The notes beneath the pieces are model-generated. The model was not told where the DNA came from. It saw nothing but the letters and a program-made list of their open reading frames with translations, and searched no databases. A stretch of 64,000 nucleotides of DNA, taken from positions 30,628,001 to 30,692,000 of the forward strand of contig CP158635.1 in the NCBI GenBank assembly GCA_050273025.1, written 5' to 3'. Below are positions 1 through 12,345 of this stretch, piece after piece (the first letter of the stretch is position 1; each line of letters opens with the position of its first letter). Made by a program: the position numbers and the translations under genes. The stretch comes from Cenococcum geophilum. Taxonomy: Eukaryota.

Positions 1-160
1 CTTAACTAACTTAATACGCAATTAACCAACTTAACATATTTAAAAGTTAAATAATACGCAGTTGACCTACTTAATAACTTTAAAAGCTAACTGCACATTC
101 CTTAACATGCAATTAAGGTAATGTAATATATTATTTTAAAGTTGTATACTAATTGCGCAA
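1..160. repeat. Short degenerate repeats carrying ACGCA(A/G)TT(A/G)ACC; candidate subterminal repeats
   Basis: aatacgcaattaacc (13-27), aatacgcagttgacc (53-67), atgcaattaa (~107) and taattgcgc (~150). Confidence 0.5.
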
Positions 161-210
161 ATGAATTTTTACTATTTTCTTAGCCTATAGTATGCTAGCT
201 TATAATATAT

Positions 211-320
211 ATTATATATAATCTTATATAATCTTATATAATTTTATATAATCTTATATAATTTTATATAATCTTATATAATCTTATATAATCTTATATA
301 ATTTTATACAATCTTATATA
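211..320. repeat. 10-bp tandem repeat (ATYTTATATA)n, about 11 copies
   Basis: Directly visible. Confidence 0.9.
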
Positions 321-360
321 GGTTTATTATTATATTATATATTATAGGTTTTATACTAGC

Positions 361-1845
361 TTAGCTGCTTTTACTATTTATCCTAGCTTCTATATAATAA
401 CGCAATACGAGTTCCTTTTTTAAGAAAGTTGTCCGAGTATAGAGTATTATATTGGTCCTAATTAATATAATTATTAACGTAGTATAAACCTGGATAAGAA
501 GTAGCGGCTAGAATAATATGCGCGCTTTATAGAATAGATAGTATTAAATAAAAGCGACTACCTCTAAGTACTTACCTAGTATTTACGCTTAAGCGCGGCT
601 ACCTTTTCACCTTAACTATACCGTGTGTTAGATACGGCAGTCTATAATTTAATAGCTAAAGTAGCTCTACTATAGCTCTAGTATACTATCCCTTAACCCG
701 TTAGCGTCTAACGAGAAGTGGTCCATGCGCGAATACCGGTTTTAAAACAACGCGTGCACCTAATCAATAGCTTCGTATTTCTCAGTACGGGCGTTAAATT
801 CAGCTCGATTGATTGGCTAGCTCTTATCGATAACCGTTGGACGCGAATTAACGGGTTAAGGGATATGTATATACCGTACTTATCTAACCTTTTAATATCT
901 AGAATAGTAACAATTAGCTAAAGCTGGCCTATAAGTCTTCTACTTAACGGCGTGCGGCCCTTTCTAATACGGTTGCCGTTATCTATATACTCCTAGACCT
1001 ATATATAATCACGCCTCTACTAGTTAAAACATTGCTAATTTGGTATATAACGTACTACCTTACTAATTTGGCCCTTAAGGTCGGTTGTATTTTTTCCATC
1101 TTGTTTCTAATAGCGAATAAATAGATATATTTTAATAAGCAGGCGCTTAACCTATAAGGGGTCCTTCTCTTTCCGGTCTATATTGGAGTTCTAGGTATAT
1201 TCGCCTTATAGTTTTCGCCTATACTCTTAGATAAATACTATAATGCCGTTTAGAAACCCTAGGATTTCGCAGCAGTTTGCTATATAAGATATATAAAGCT
1301 ACGTCTTTAACCTAAGACGCCTTTAGATAAGATCTGTTGCCCTATTTATGTCTTCTAAAGGCCACTAAAGCTTTATAACTGCTAAATACTATATTAGTTA
1401 AGTAACCTGCACCTCTAGATATTAGGAAGACTATAGTATAGAATTACTATTTATAAAAGCTATTTCGTCTTCTATTGCTAGTACTACTACCTGTCTTAAA
1501 TTATAAGAGCATATTTAAGATAGCGAATCCCGTTTATTTGTTAAGTTATAAAACGGCTTAATAATATAACGGTGTCTAGCTTCGCTATTTACGCTAGTGT
1601 AGTACCTATCTGTATATCCGTATAGGCGGATATTTTCCTTAAAATATATAAGGGCATGGAATTTTAGTATATTAAAATGGCCCGTATTAAAATCCTTTAC
1701 CTTTAGATAGAAACTTTAAAACACGCCTTTAAGCATATTAATTTAATATAGGGCGTGGTGTATATATCGTAGTGTCTCCTTATTGTGGGTGCAATACTAA
1801 GCTATAATAACGAAGTTGTATACGGCTCTTATAAAATGTATAGCA
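361..1845 (-). pseudogene. Plavaka-family transposase, 3' part (RIPped; interrupted by MITE 690-862)
   Basis: De-RIPped reading: HFIRAVCDFVIIAQY..HDEETL, GHFNIPKFHAL.HF.ENIRLYG..D, KPFYNLTNKR, RRDYIWV, HGMVEV, SILRSAHIIP, YYVNNYIDWDQYNTLY. These match C-terminal Plavaka motifs. Confidence 0.85.
690..862. mobile_element. MITE, 173 bp, TIRs CCCTTAACCCGTTA / TAACGGGTTAAGGG, probable 2-bp TSD (AT)
   Basis: Perfect 14-bp terminal inverted repeat, extending imperfectly inward (gcgtctaacg / cgttggacgc). Removing the element plus one AT restores the transposase frame. Less RIPped than its flanks. Confidence 0.8.
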
Positions 1846-2270
1846 TGTAACGGAACCTTGTAGCAAGAACTACAATGGGCTCGTTATTAGGCTAGGTGTG
1901 TAGGAAATGCAAGTACAAAAGTTAATAATGTAATAATAACTGGTGGAGTGGTTACCTAATAGATTAACTCTAATTGTATTCTAAGAATTACTATAAGGAA
2001 GGAACTATCTAGGTAGGGACTAAGGGTCCTTAAATACACAACCGTACTCCTATAAAATCCTTCTTATATATAATATACGTCTTATATATAAGGTACGTAA
2101 GTTCCTCCCATTCCTCTTATTTAATACGTAGTATATTATATAACCTTAGCTACTATTCCTCGTTATATAGCTCTACTAGCTCTATTCTGGACCGTGCCTA
2201 AATTAACTAACTAGCTTCTTTTAACTCTTCTCTAAGTAGTTATAATATTGTACTTAAAGCGTCCGTAATA
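1846..2270 (-). repeat. 3' LTR of family A copy 1
   Basis: tgtaacggaacc...gcgtccgtaata; matches 9335-9758. Confidence 0.95.
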
Positions 2271-2378
2271 CTATCTCCCTCCTCTTTATTTTTATCCTTA
2301 AAGATTTAAAATATCTCTAAGTTGTTTATTAGAGGTGTAATATCCGTTTAATTAATTTGGTTAATATTATTACTTATT

Positions 2379-2993
2379 ATACTAAAAGCAATTTCTTCTT
2401 TATACGCCCAACGTCGTGCTCGTACTGTTGCTGTAATATTATCTCTTAGTGAGATTATACCGTTTTTATATTCCCGCTGTTCGAAAGAGGGGTTGGTTTA
2501 TATTGTGTTAGTAAACCTATCTTTACGATAACCGTTCTCTTATTTAGAGTGCACTAAAGTAAATATTTGTTTATCTTATAATGTTTGCTTTACTTTTAAT
2601 GCTAAGTATACGCGACCTATTACTCTTAATAGTCGTCTAGTTCCCTAATTAATTTGTCTTAGGGTTTTATATTTAATCTACTGCTATACAGCTAGATAGT
2701 AAACTGTCTTAAGCCCTTATAAAGTTGAAACGTTCTTATAATGCGGAATAGAAGGCTCTAGATACTTGTATTATGGCGTTTACCCGTTTACTTTATCTTA
2801 AAAAGGTATATAAGAAGGTTTATTCTAAGGAGTGGAAACTAGTAGAATAGGGTTTGCTAGAACTTAGTGATAAAAAAATAGATTCTCTTCTAATAGAGAA
2901 GGAAATAGATTTAAGTAGCTTGGCAACTACTCTTTCTAAGTCCCTCTTAGGTAACTTATTCTTTAGTAATCCTTCTTTATTAATACTACCTAA
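2379..2993 (+). pseudogene. Antisense intron-containing Zn(II)2Cys6-like gene in the 3' region of gypsy A1
   Basis: De-RIPped MPKAISSSYAQRRART...PCSRCSKEGLVCIALANPSSRQPFSCSECTKANIRSSCD gives CX2CX6CX13CX2CX8C (2469-2579). Probable intron at ~2607-2691, then a charged helical tail. Confidence 0.7.
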
Positions 2994-5900
2994 CCTACTC
3001 TCTTTTAATACTCCTATACCTTTTCTATAGCATTTTTTAAATTCTCTAGTGGTTTCTAGGTAGTCTTTATATAGCCTATCCACTTTACTTTATACTATAT
3101 TTTATTGTTAATGTTCTTATAGCTAACAATCTTTAAAACTTGCTATTTGTCTTCTTCTTGTCCTCTATATATATCTACTTTATAAATTAGTGGCTTAATA
3201 TTCCCGTGTGCTAACTCTAGCATTATAATATGCTATATAGGGTAGATCTTTATTTTAGCTAGTAAGTTTAACTTAAATGTAACTAGTAAAATTCTTTACT
3301 TAATTTTAAAAGGTCCTAGTCTAATATAGTCTAACCTCTTACTTAGTCGTCGACTTTTGAAATTTTTATATAGTAACTATACTTTATCTCCCTCCTTAAG
3401 ATCTGGTCCCTTAGATCTCTTAGTATTATAGTACTTTTTTATTCTCTATTATACTGTCTTTACTATTTCTATAAGGTCTATATAAAGATTTATTAACATC
3501 TTTATTCTTTCTTTAGCTGTGCTACTTATTTTCTTTACTTGCTATAGTAATAACGATATTCTTAGCTTGTATCCGTAATTCGCCTTAAATGGTAATATAC
3601 CCATTCCTTTTTACGGTGTTGTATTATATATAAACTATATAACTAGTAATAATAATATCTAATTATTCTATGCGTAGTTAATATAGTGTCTTAGATACTA
3701 TTCTAGTATCTAATTTAATCTTTCTATTTAACCGTCTATCTGCGGATAATATACGGTGGAAGTTACTACTCTAACTCCTTACTCCGCTAAGAATACCTCC
3801 TAGAATGCTACTATAAATCTTAAATCTCTATCTAATATAATCTTACTTAGTGCTCTATATCTTACGAATACTTTTTTAATATAGATTCTAGTGATATCTT
3901 CTGCTGATATCTCTTCTATATATGCTATAAAGTATCCCCACTTCATAAGCTTATCTACTATTACTAAAATCGCGTTATAATCTTGTCCAGTAATAGAATC
4001 TCTTAATTTTGGTAACTTAATAATAAAGTCCTATAATATAACCTCCTATAGTCTTTCTAGCGTCTTAATAGGTTGTAGCCCTCTATATGGCTTATACCTT
4101 ATTAGTTTATTTCTTTAGCAATCTAGATATTCTTTTATAACTTTTCTTACTAAGCCCTAAATTTCATTAATAATATACTCCTCCTAGAGTCTTAATACTA
4201 AGCCTATAGCTCTATTGTGTCCTTAAGTTATTCCCCTATAGAACTCTTTTATAAATTGCTCTGCTATGCTTTTTAGGATATACGTCGCTTCACAATTCTT
4301 ATATATATCCATCTATAGATCTTCTAGTTGTGCTTTTAGAATCCTTTATACCTAAAAGCTCTTTAGTGACTTATAAACTCTATCTAGTTCTTCTTAAGTT
4401 GCTATAATTTTTAGATGATTATACCTAATCAATCCGTCTGTGTCTTTTTGCAGTAAAGCCCCTAATGGCTTCTTATTATTTTATAGTTTAGCTTTTTAAC
4501 TTAGAGCGTCTGCTTATGTATTGTCTATACCCTTAGTATACTAAATCTTAAAATAGTATTCTATAAGTATCTCTGCCCATCTAACCTATCTTTAGTTAAG
4601 TTCCTTTATTATTAGGAATTCTATTAGGTTCTTATAATCTGTTTTAACTATAAATAGTTTCTCTATACCTTGCAAGAATGCTCTCTATTCCTTTAGTGCT
4701 ATAACTATACCTAATAACTCCTTATTATAGATGTTATAGTTTAACTCTAGTAGTATTATCTTCCGACTATAATATGCCACTAGGTACCATTTATCTTAAT
4801 ATCTTTATATAAAGTATGCCCCTAGTATATAATCTAATACATTTATTTTTATAACCATCTTTAGTTCTAGTTAATAGATCTTAAGAACTAGCTTCTAGGT
4901 AAATAACTCTTTAACTTTCCTAAAGAGCTCCCTTTATTCCTCTCCCTATGCCTATAGTTTTTTTTAATTAGTTGCGTAAATAGCTTAATGTTCTTTAACT
5001 ATTGCGCTATAAACCTCCTGCAGTAATTATAAAACCCTAGAAATAATCTTAACTATATAACGTTCTCTGGTTCCTACTAATTTACTATAGCCTTAATCTT
5101 CTTTAGATCTATACTAAGTTGGCCTAGTTTAATAATAAATTTAATAAAATCGGTCTTCCTAGTAAAGAACTTGTATTTCTTAATCGCTATTAGCATCTGT
5201 TCTTTCTATAGTCTCTTTAAGACCTATTTAATATATTCTCTGTATTCTCCCTTAGTTATTAAGTAGATAATAATATTGTTAAGGTATACTATAATAAATT
5301 TATTTAAGTATTCTCCTAATATATTGTTAATACGCTTCTAGAATATTACTAGTGTATTTATAAGCCTAAATTGCATAACTAATAGTTTATATAGTCCTTC
5401 CTTTAACCTAAAGGCTGCCTTCTATTTGTTGCCTTCCTTAATTCTAATCTAATAGTACGCCTATCTTAGATCTATCTTTATAAAGATTTACACGTTACCT
5501 ATTCTGTCTTAGATTTCGCTAATTAAGGGTAAAGGATACCTATCCTTCCTAGTAATGCTGTTTAACTGTCTATAGTCGATATATAGCCTTAGTTTACCAT
5601 TCTTCTTTAGTATAAATAGTACTGGATATCCCGCTAATAACTGCGATAGTCTAATATATCCCTTTTATAAGTTTTCTTAGATAAACTCTTTTAATACTCT
5701 ACCTTCCTCTTTAGTAAGCTTATAGATTGGAAAGAACCTTAGACTTATTCCTAGTTCTAATTCTATCTTATAGTCCTATGCTATATACTTTAACAGCTTT
5801 TCGCTTTCTAGTAACTATAGTTTCTTACTATACTTATAGTATCTCTTTAGTATATAACTTAGTCCTTTTTCTATTTCTTTATAGGTTGCTCCCACTTAGT

Positions 5901-8900
5901 ACTATATTAACTTAGCTTATTATTATATCTTATAGCGTTAAGTATCCTTAATATCGACCTAACCTATAACCTAATTAATCCTTAGATTGTATTCCTATAA
6001 CTAAGGTATTCCTAATACTATCTTATTATTTCCTAATAGTAATATATTAAAAGACATCTTAATTTATCTCCCTTTAATAGTTAACTAAATAGGTCCTGTT
6101 TTAAGATTAATAATGCCTCCTCTATAGGCTATCGGATTTCCTAAAATTATCACTAATAGGTAAGGTCCCTTCTTTTACCTATAAGGTAATCCCATTCTTT
6201 TAACTACTATTAGTAAGATATAGTTCCTTATTACTCCACTATCTATTAGTGCCTTAAACTATTAATCTTACCACTTAACTTATAAATTTAGGTATTATCC
6301 TTAAATTCCTTTAAGGGTCTAAGGCTCTACTACTGGCTCCCTTTGGTTCTATAGGCCTCTACTTTTCCCAACTATTGGCTATTTAATCCTATTTATACTT
6401 AGTCTAACTTTAGCCAATACTTAGTTCGCTTTTTATCTTTAATATGCCATAGATACGTATTCTTTAGGCATTCCTACTACTATCGTCCATCTAGGCATTC
6501 TTCCGTAAGGAATCTTCCTGGCTAAAGTATTAAGTCCCCTAACTCCTAAACTTCTATTAGATACTAACTATATATATACTTAGCGTTTTAATACTTCTAT
6601 TCTTTTACTAACTAATATATTCTTATGGGGTATTTCTAATTCTTTTTCTTTGGGTTTTTGTATATCTTGTATATATCGTCTATATATATAATCTATAATA
6701 ACGTATAATACGCTTAGTATCTTAGGTTAACTCTTAGCTTATCTTCGTCCTTAAGTTTAAACCTTTATTATATTAATCTAAACGTTACGACTTTATTCGC
6801 GGGTACTAAGATATATCTCTCGCTTCTCTAGTCCTCTAATTATTCCTCTAGATCCTTTAATATTATAATTAAGGCTCCTTTAATATAATTTATAGCCTTT
6901 TCTATAATTGGGTGGTCTTAAATAACTTTTTCATCTAACTATATATAGAAATCTTCCAATTTATCATTGTGCCTTTACCTATACTACTTTTAGTACAGCT
7001 GCTAGAGTGTATACGGTTTATTTATAAGGAAGTATCTTCTTATTACTGCATCGTGATAGCCCTTTATATGTCGTTCTTTAAACCTAGTTAAAATCCTTAG
7101 ATCCTCTTCTTGTTCCAGTTTAGTAAGCTACTTAGCCCTTAGTATGCCTACTCTAGGCCTATTAGTAATTCTTCGTACTAGCGCTTTATCCCTTATACGT
7201 CCTAATATACTAGATCTCTTATCTAGTTTCTGTTCTTACTATAAGGTAATTCTTACTCTAAACTCCTTTATAGTTTCTTTCTTTTCGCGTCTTATAAGTG
7301 GATCCTTAAAGTTATCTTGCTTCTTAATCTTAGTATTAACTTTTTAATCTTTAGGCTAAATACTGTGTTCCCCTAGTAAGTCTTCTAGGTCTATATACTT
7401 GTCTCTTAGTCTAGTTACTGTTTATATTGCAGATTCTCTAATCTATAAGAAGGCTCCTTGCTTCTTTCTTATAGGTGTTCTTATTTATTCTCCGAATTCT
7501 TAGTCCCTTAGATTCTTTAATCCCGAGCTTACTTCTAACTTAAGCTTTGCTTTAGCCTTAGTTTAACTAGGCTTATTTAGTATTCTTATCTTGTTTTAAG
7601 AGTCTTAAATCTTACTTATCTCGTCTTAAGAATCTTATGCCTGTGGGAAATTCTATCCTAAGCTTATTTGTATATCCTTAAACTAAGCTACTGCCCTGCT
7701 CTATTGATTACTGTTTATTATAGGTCCTTAGGTCTACCTTATCTTATCTTAAGAATCTTAAGCCTTTAGCTTCTTGCCTTTATTAAGTGCCGAAGTAGTT
7801 TGCTATTCTACTTCTCTTGCGTCTTATAAAGCGATAGATATTGTATCTAGTGGGGTCTTAATCCCTACTAATATTCCCTATTCTGTAGTGGAATTATCCT
7901 CTGCCTCTTATATAATATCTTTAAGGTCTACATGCTTCTAGTAAGCCGCCTTCGTTGCCTTATTATTATAGAATATTTTACCTATATTAAATTTATTATC
8001 CTTAATGTCCAATTTGCGAACTGGTTTATTGGTTCCTCTATACTCTATAGATTTTGGCTTTTATAGCTAATAGCTTGCGCCATACTTAGCGTCTTTATAA
8101 ATTTAGTATACGTTATTATAATAAAACGCGAAACTTTTAATTAAACACTCTTTTATTCCTTATAGTATACTATCGTCCCTCTATATATATATATCTTCTA
8201 CTATTAGTCTAGTTCCCTTTATTGTATAGTAACTCTAACTATCTTTATAATCCCTTGTAAAATAACCTTATTTCCCGTAATTTATATAAGCTCCGTCTTT
8301 AAACTATTAACTTTGCTATAGAGTCCGCCTAAATATTTTCTGCTGCTAAGATCCCTGGTTTAGCCTTTACTCCTTAGTCCTATAATTACTAGATCCTTAA
8401 CCTCTAGGTTTCTATAGTTTTTTACTCTATCTTTTATAGGCTTCTTTGGTACTACTTAGGTCTATTAGCTCTACGCTATACTATATTTTCTAATTTAGCT
8501 TTAGTTATTGCGTGCTTTACGCCTTATATAACTATAGAACTCTATCTTAACCTCTTTTAGTCTATTTCCTTTGGTAGATCCAATTATTAATCTTAATCGC
8601 TTAATCTATTAACTCTTTTAGGGTATCTATATCTTCCATTAAAATAATTACGTCTTAAACTTTAGCCTTAAGTCCCTATTTATACTATGCTATAAGCGCC
8701 CTATTATTCTACTTTATTTATATTGCTAGCGTCTAGAACTATATTATATACTTAATTGCTAAGGTTTATTGCGTAATGTCTTGGAGTTTTTTTTCTACTG
8801 TAGTAACTGCCTCTAGGTCTCTAAATATTTGTGTAAGTTGCTCTATAAACCCTTCCTAGCTTAAGAATATAAATCGCACCTCCTAATTAGTGGTTGTTAT

Positions 8901-9290
8901 TCCGTTTGCCTATATTTCTATAAGGTAAGGCTTAAACTACTTAAGTGCTCTTCCTAACAAGAATAGTCCTGCGTAAGCTATTTAATCTATAGGTATTAGT
9001 AGCTTTACCCCTTCCTATAAAACTTTAAAGTACATTTACGTAAGAAATCCTTTAAGCTTTAACCTTTCTCCTAAGAATCTTTTAATAGATAGTAACTTAA
9101 CCTTTACCGCTCTAATCCTATTAACCCTTTCCTCTAACGCTATATTATTAGCTATTAACTAGTTAATTATTTTTTATAGTTATCTAACCGTTATAGGTTG
9201 CTGTGAGTTAGTATCTGCTATACTGGTAGTACCTAACCTTAAAGTAGTTACCGCCGTTAATGGCGTTATAGTGGCTGTCTTTAGTAGCAT
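2963..9290 (-). pseudogene. gag-pol of gypsy A1 (RIPped)
   Basis: ATG at 9290; protease ALIDSG ~6230-6255; RT YLDD-like ~5270-5292; RNase H; integrase ~3500-4230; chromodomain ~3010-3170. Confidence 0.9.
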
Positions 9291-9334
9291 ATTATTTGAC
9301 TTTCTATATTAATACTATAACTAGGTAGTAATTG

Positions 9335-9758
9335 TGTAACGGAACCTTATAGTAAGAACTATAATAGGCTTATTATTGGGCTAGGTATATAGGAAATATA
9401 AGTATAAAAGTTAACAACGTAATAATAACTAGTAGAGTAGTTACCTAATAGATTAACTCTAATTATATTCTAAGAATTACTATAAGGAAGGAACTATCTA
9501 GGTAGGGACTAGGGTCCTTAAATATACAATTATACTCCTATGAAATCCTTCTTATACGTGATGTACGTCTTATATATAAGGTACGTAAGTTCCTCCCATT
9601 CCTCTTGTTTAATATATAGTATATTATATGACCTTAGCTACTATTTCTCGTCACATAGCTCTACCGGCTCTATTCTGGACCGTGCCTAAATTAACTAACT
9701 AGCTTCTTTTAACTCTTCTCTAAGTAGTTGTAATATCGTACTTAAAGCGTCCGTAATA
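9335..9758 (-). repeat. 5' LTR of family A copy 1
   Basis: Matches 1846-2270. Confidence 0.95.
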
Positions 9759-9763
9759 TAGCA

Positions 9764-11760
9764 TATAGTTCCCTAAACGACAGTAGTAGGGCTAGTATAG
9801 CAATAAGTTGACAAACTATAGCTTTTTGTTTATTACCTGTCCATTAAGTAACTTTACTAAATAATAGGTTATTAAACTATTTTAGCTCTGTAAAAGCCAG
9901 GACTTATCTAAAACGCTAATTAAGCTAAGCCTCCGCAGATATATTTGTTATGGTTGTCTTTATCCCTTTTCTCTTTTTTTTTTTTAGCTAGATGACATTG
10001 CCTACTAGTTTCTATACCCATTTAATAAGTTATATAACGATACCCTTTAGAAGCTAATATAGAACATCTACTATTATACCCTTATAGATGTTAAATAGGC
10101 GATAGTGCTATATAAAATATTCTACTGGGTATACCCAGTTGTCTAAGGATGGAAGAATATTCTCTAGTTTTTGGCGTTTAATCTGTCTTCTTATCTCCTT
10201 ATAGGTATATAGCGGGTATTATTTCTCGGTTAAGTTCTTACGCTTTAGAGGGAGGACCTAGCACATAGTATAGTGCTGTCGGCTTTTAATACCTGTAAGT
10301 AGTACTTATTCTTTATAGTCTGCCATTATTCTATATATAATTAGATAACATCGTCGCATAAAATTATCCGTATATTAAAGGTCTACGCCGCTTTCTATAA
10401 GATACTTAATTGCTATTATATTTTAGTTAATGGAATATAGCGTTAGAATACTAAAGCAGGACTTACGTTTAAGTATAGTTCTTATTACCTTATAATATGC
10501 TTTACTTTTTATATTGTTATCTTTTTCTTTAATAACTGGTATAAAGCCGATAAGGATATTTGCGGGGGATGTTTATTAGCGCTAAACTTATTGGTTAAGA
10601 TTACCGATAGTAAGATATACCGGCTAGGTCAATTTGTCGCTATAGTGCATTATTAGCTGGGTTTTATCGACTGCTATAAGTATAGGAACTACTATAGTAC
10701 CGCTAGGAAGCTTACCTTATATCTCCCACTACTAGTTACCGCTGTATAGCTTATTATAAACTCGGTAGTTTTCGGTATTATAGAGTCTCTTTAGTGTATA
10801 TACCAGTGCATCTTTAAAGGGTTAATAGCTAATTAGAAAGGCAATTATATTTATAACATCCTAGTAAAGAATATAGTATTCCCTCTACTTAGAGCCTTTA
10901 ACATTTAATTCCACCTTACACTTTAATTACAGCCATTGTTTATCTTATATACTAAATAAAATAGTAGTAATTAGTTCTTCCTATTAATTTGTAGATTAGA
11001 AGCTAAGTAGGCTATAAAGTGGGCTAAGGCGGGTATCTTTAAGCAGTGCGTTAACGTCTCCCTTTATATAGCGAATACGGTACAGCTATATTAAAAAGGC
11101 GTAATTAAACTCTAAATAAAAAGGATTATATAGTATACTTTGGCTATTATTATATTATAATATGGTAATATCTAAAATTATCTAGCTAACTTACTATATA
11201 TTATTATCGGTCTCGTATAAAATTGGTTTACCCGCCTTTATATTCTTAGTTACTTTAAATGTCTCTACTTTAAGTAATAATAATAACGATATAACGCTTT
11301 TCTAATATGGTATACCGCATAGAGGCACTAGATAGGCATTCTACTTATATTCTACCACCACTAGAGCATACTTATCGGTATTCGTATTTATACCGTCCGG
11401 TTATAATTACGCGTTATCTAACTAGTAAGAGTAGTGGAATTAATTGCAAATTGTAAGTAGTTGGGCCGTAATAAATATGCAAGTATTGTATCTCTCTTTA
11501 CGTGCTTTTTTGTAGACGTATTAGTGGCTAGGCAGCCGCCTTTTATAGCACTATAGGTGTCGGTAAAGGCCGCCGTAACTTTTAGGGGTATAAGAATACT
11601 ATAGATAGCTCCGCTGCATTGTTGCTAATTATATATTAAATAATATAGTATTATTTCTAGGCGTAAAGAGTACGTGTTATAGTACTAACGGTTAATTACC
11701 GGTATTTAATCTATGTAAGTGGCTTGGCTTTATAGCTGCTAAAAGTATACCTTTTATTTT
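9764..11760 (-). pseudogene. Plavaka-family transposase, 5' part (RIPped, with introns)
   Basis: De-RIPped: YNPFHSEFDY, RVYNELHSGDWWWEMQGKLPSGATVVPILIAVDKTQLT, WPVYLTIGNL, intron GTAAGT ~10467, CADNFMRRCYPI..IMADYEEQVLLTGIKSRQHCTMC, DVLHQLLKG, FSKVTQWTGNEQKA. Cys-rich N-terminus; true start uncertain. Confidence 0.9.
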
Positions 11761-11776
11761 CTCGCTAGAACTAGTT

Positions 11777-12345
11777 ACGCTAAAGTATAAGTATAACTAG
11801 CCTAATACCAAGTTTAAGGACTTAAAAGAGTCTAAGGCAGCCGAAATGGACGCTAAAGCGTAAGTATAACTAGCTTAATACTAAGTTTAAGGACTTAAAA
11901 GAGTCTAAGGCAGTGTCACAGCGACTCAGTCAATCGAGGCACGAGCGCCGTAGAACGTATGCAAGCCTGTACAATTGGTAGTCTATTGACCCGGATATCA
12001 AGATGAGGAGCAGAAGGTGGAAAAGGACACGTCTATATACATATGCCAAGGCTTAAGCGAGAGCCCCCTGACTAGATTTGTTACGGTGCCGTAACAGGCA
12101 GCCAAACTGGATGCTAAAGTATAAGTATAACTAGCTTAACACTGAGTTTAAGGACTTAAAAGAGTCTAAGGCAGCCGGAATAGACGCTAAAGCGTAAGTA
12201 TAACTAGCTTAATACTAAGTTTAAGGACTTAAAAGAGTCTAAGGCAGCCGAACTATACGCTAAAGCGTAAGTATAACTAGCTTAACACTAAGCTTAATAC
12301 TAAGTTTAAGGACTTAAAGAGTCTAAAGTAGTAGAACTGGACACT
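11777..12345. repeat. 73-bp tandem repeat, 5 units, interrupted by a solo LTR
   Basis: gtataactag recurs at 11791, 11864, 12125, 12198 and 12271. Confidence 0.9.
11914..12096 (+). mobile_element. Solo LTR (family S), 183 bp
   Basis: TG...CA ends; TSD GGCAG (11909-11913 / 12097-12101); homologous to 53229-53409 (inverted). Confidence 0.92.

Larger units (their letters stand above)
1846..9758 (-). mobile_element. Full-length Ty3/gypsy chromovirus LTR retrotransposon (family A, copy 1) inserted in the Plavaka transposase
   Basis: LTRs 1846-2270 and 9335-9758; TSD TAGCA (1841-1845 / 9759-9763); PPT complement ctatctccctcctc at 2271; order gag-PR-RT-RH-IN-chromodomain. Confidence 0.95.

Noticed and set aside
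718..921. 67-aa ORF
   Set aside because: Lies across the MITE and antisense to the transposase; chance ORF in less-RIPped DNA
5727..7347. Plus-strand short ORFs in gypsy A1 (and 55857-56126 in A2)
   Set aside because: Antisense shadows of RIPped gag-pol without conserved motifs
11777..12345. Regular repeats resembling a CRISPR array
   Set aside because: Head-to-tail 73-bp units with no unique spacers; the single interruption is a solo LTR with a TSD; eukaryotic context
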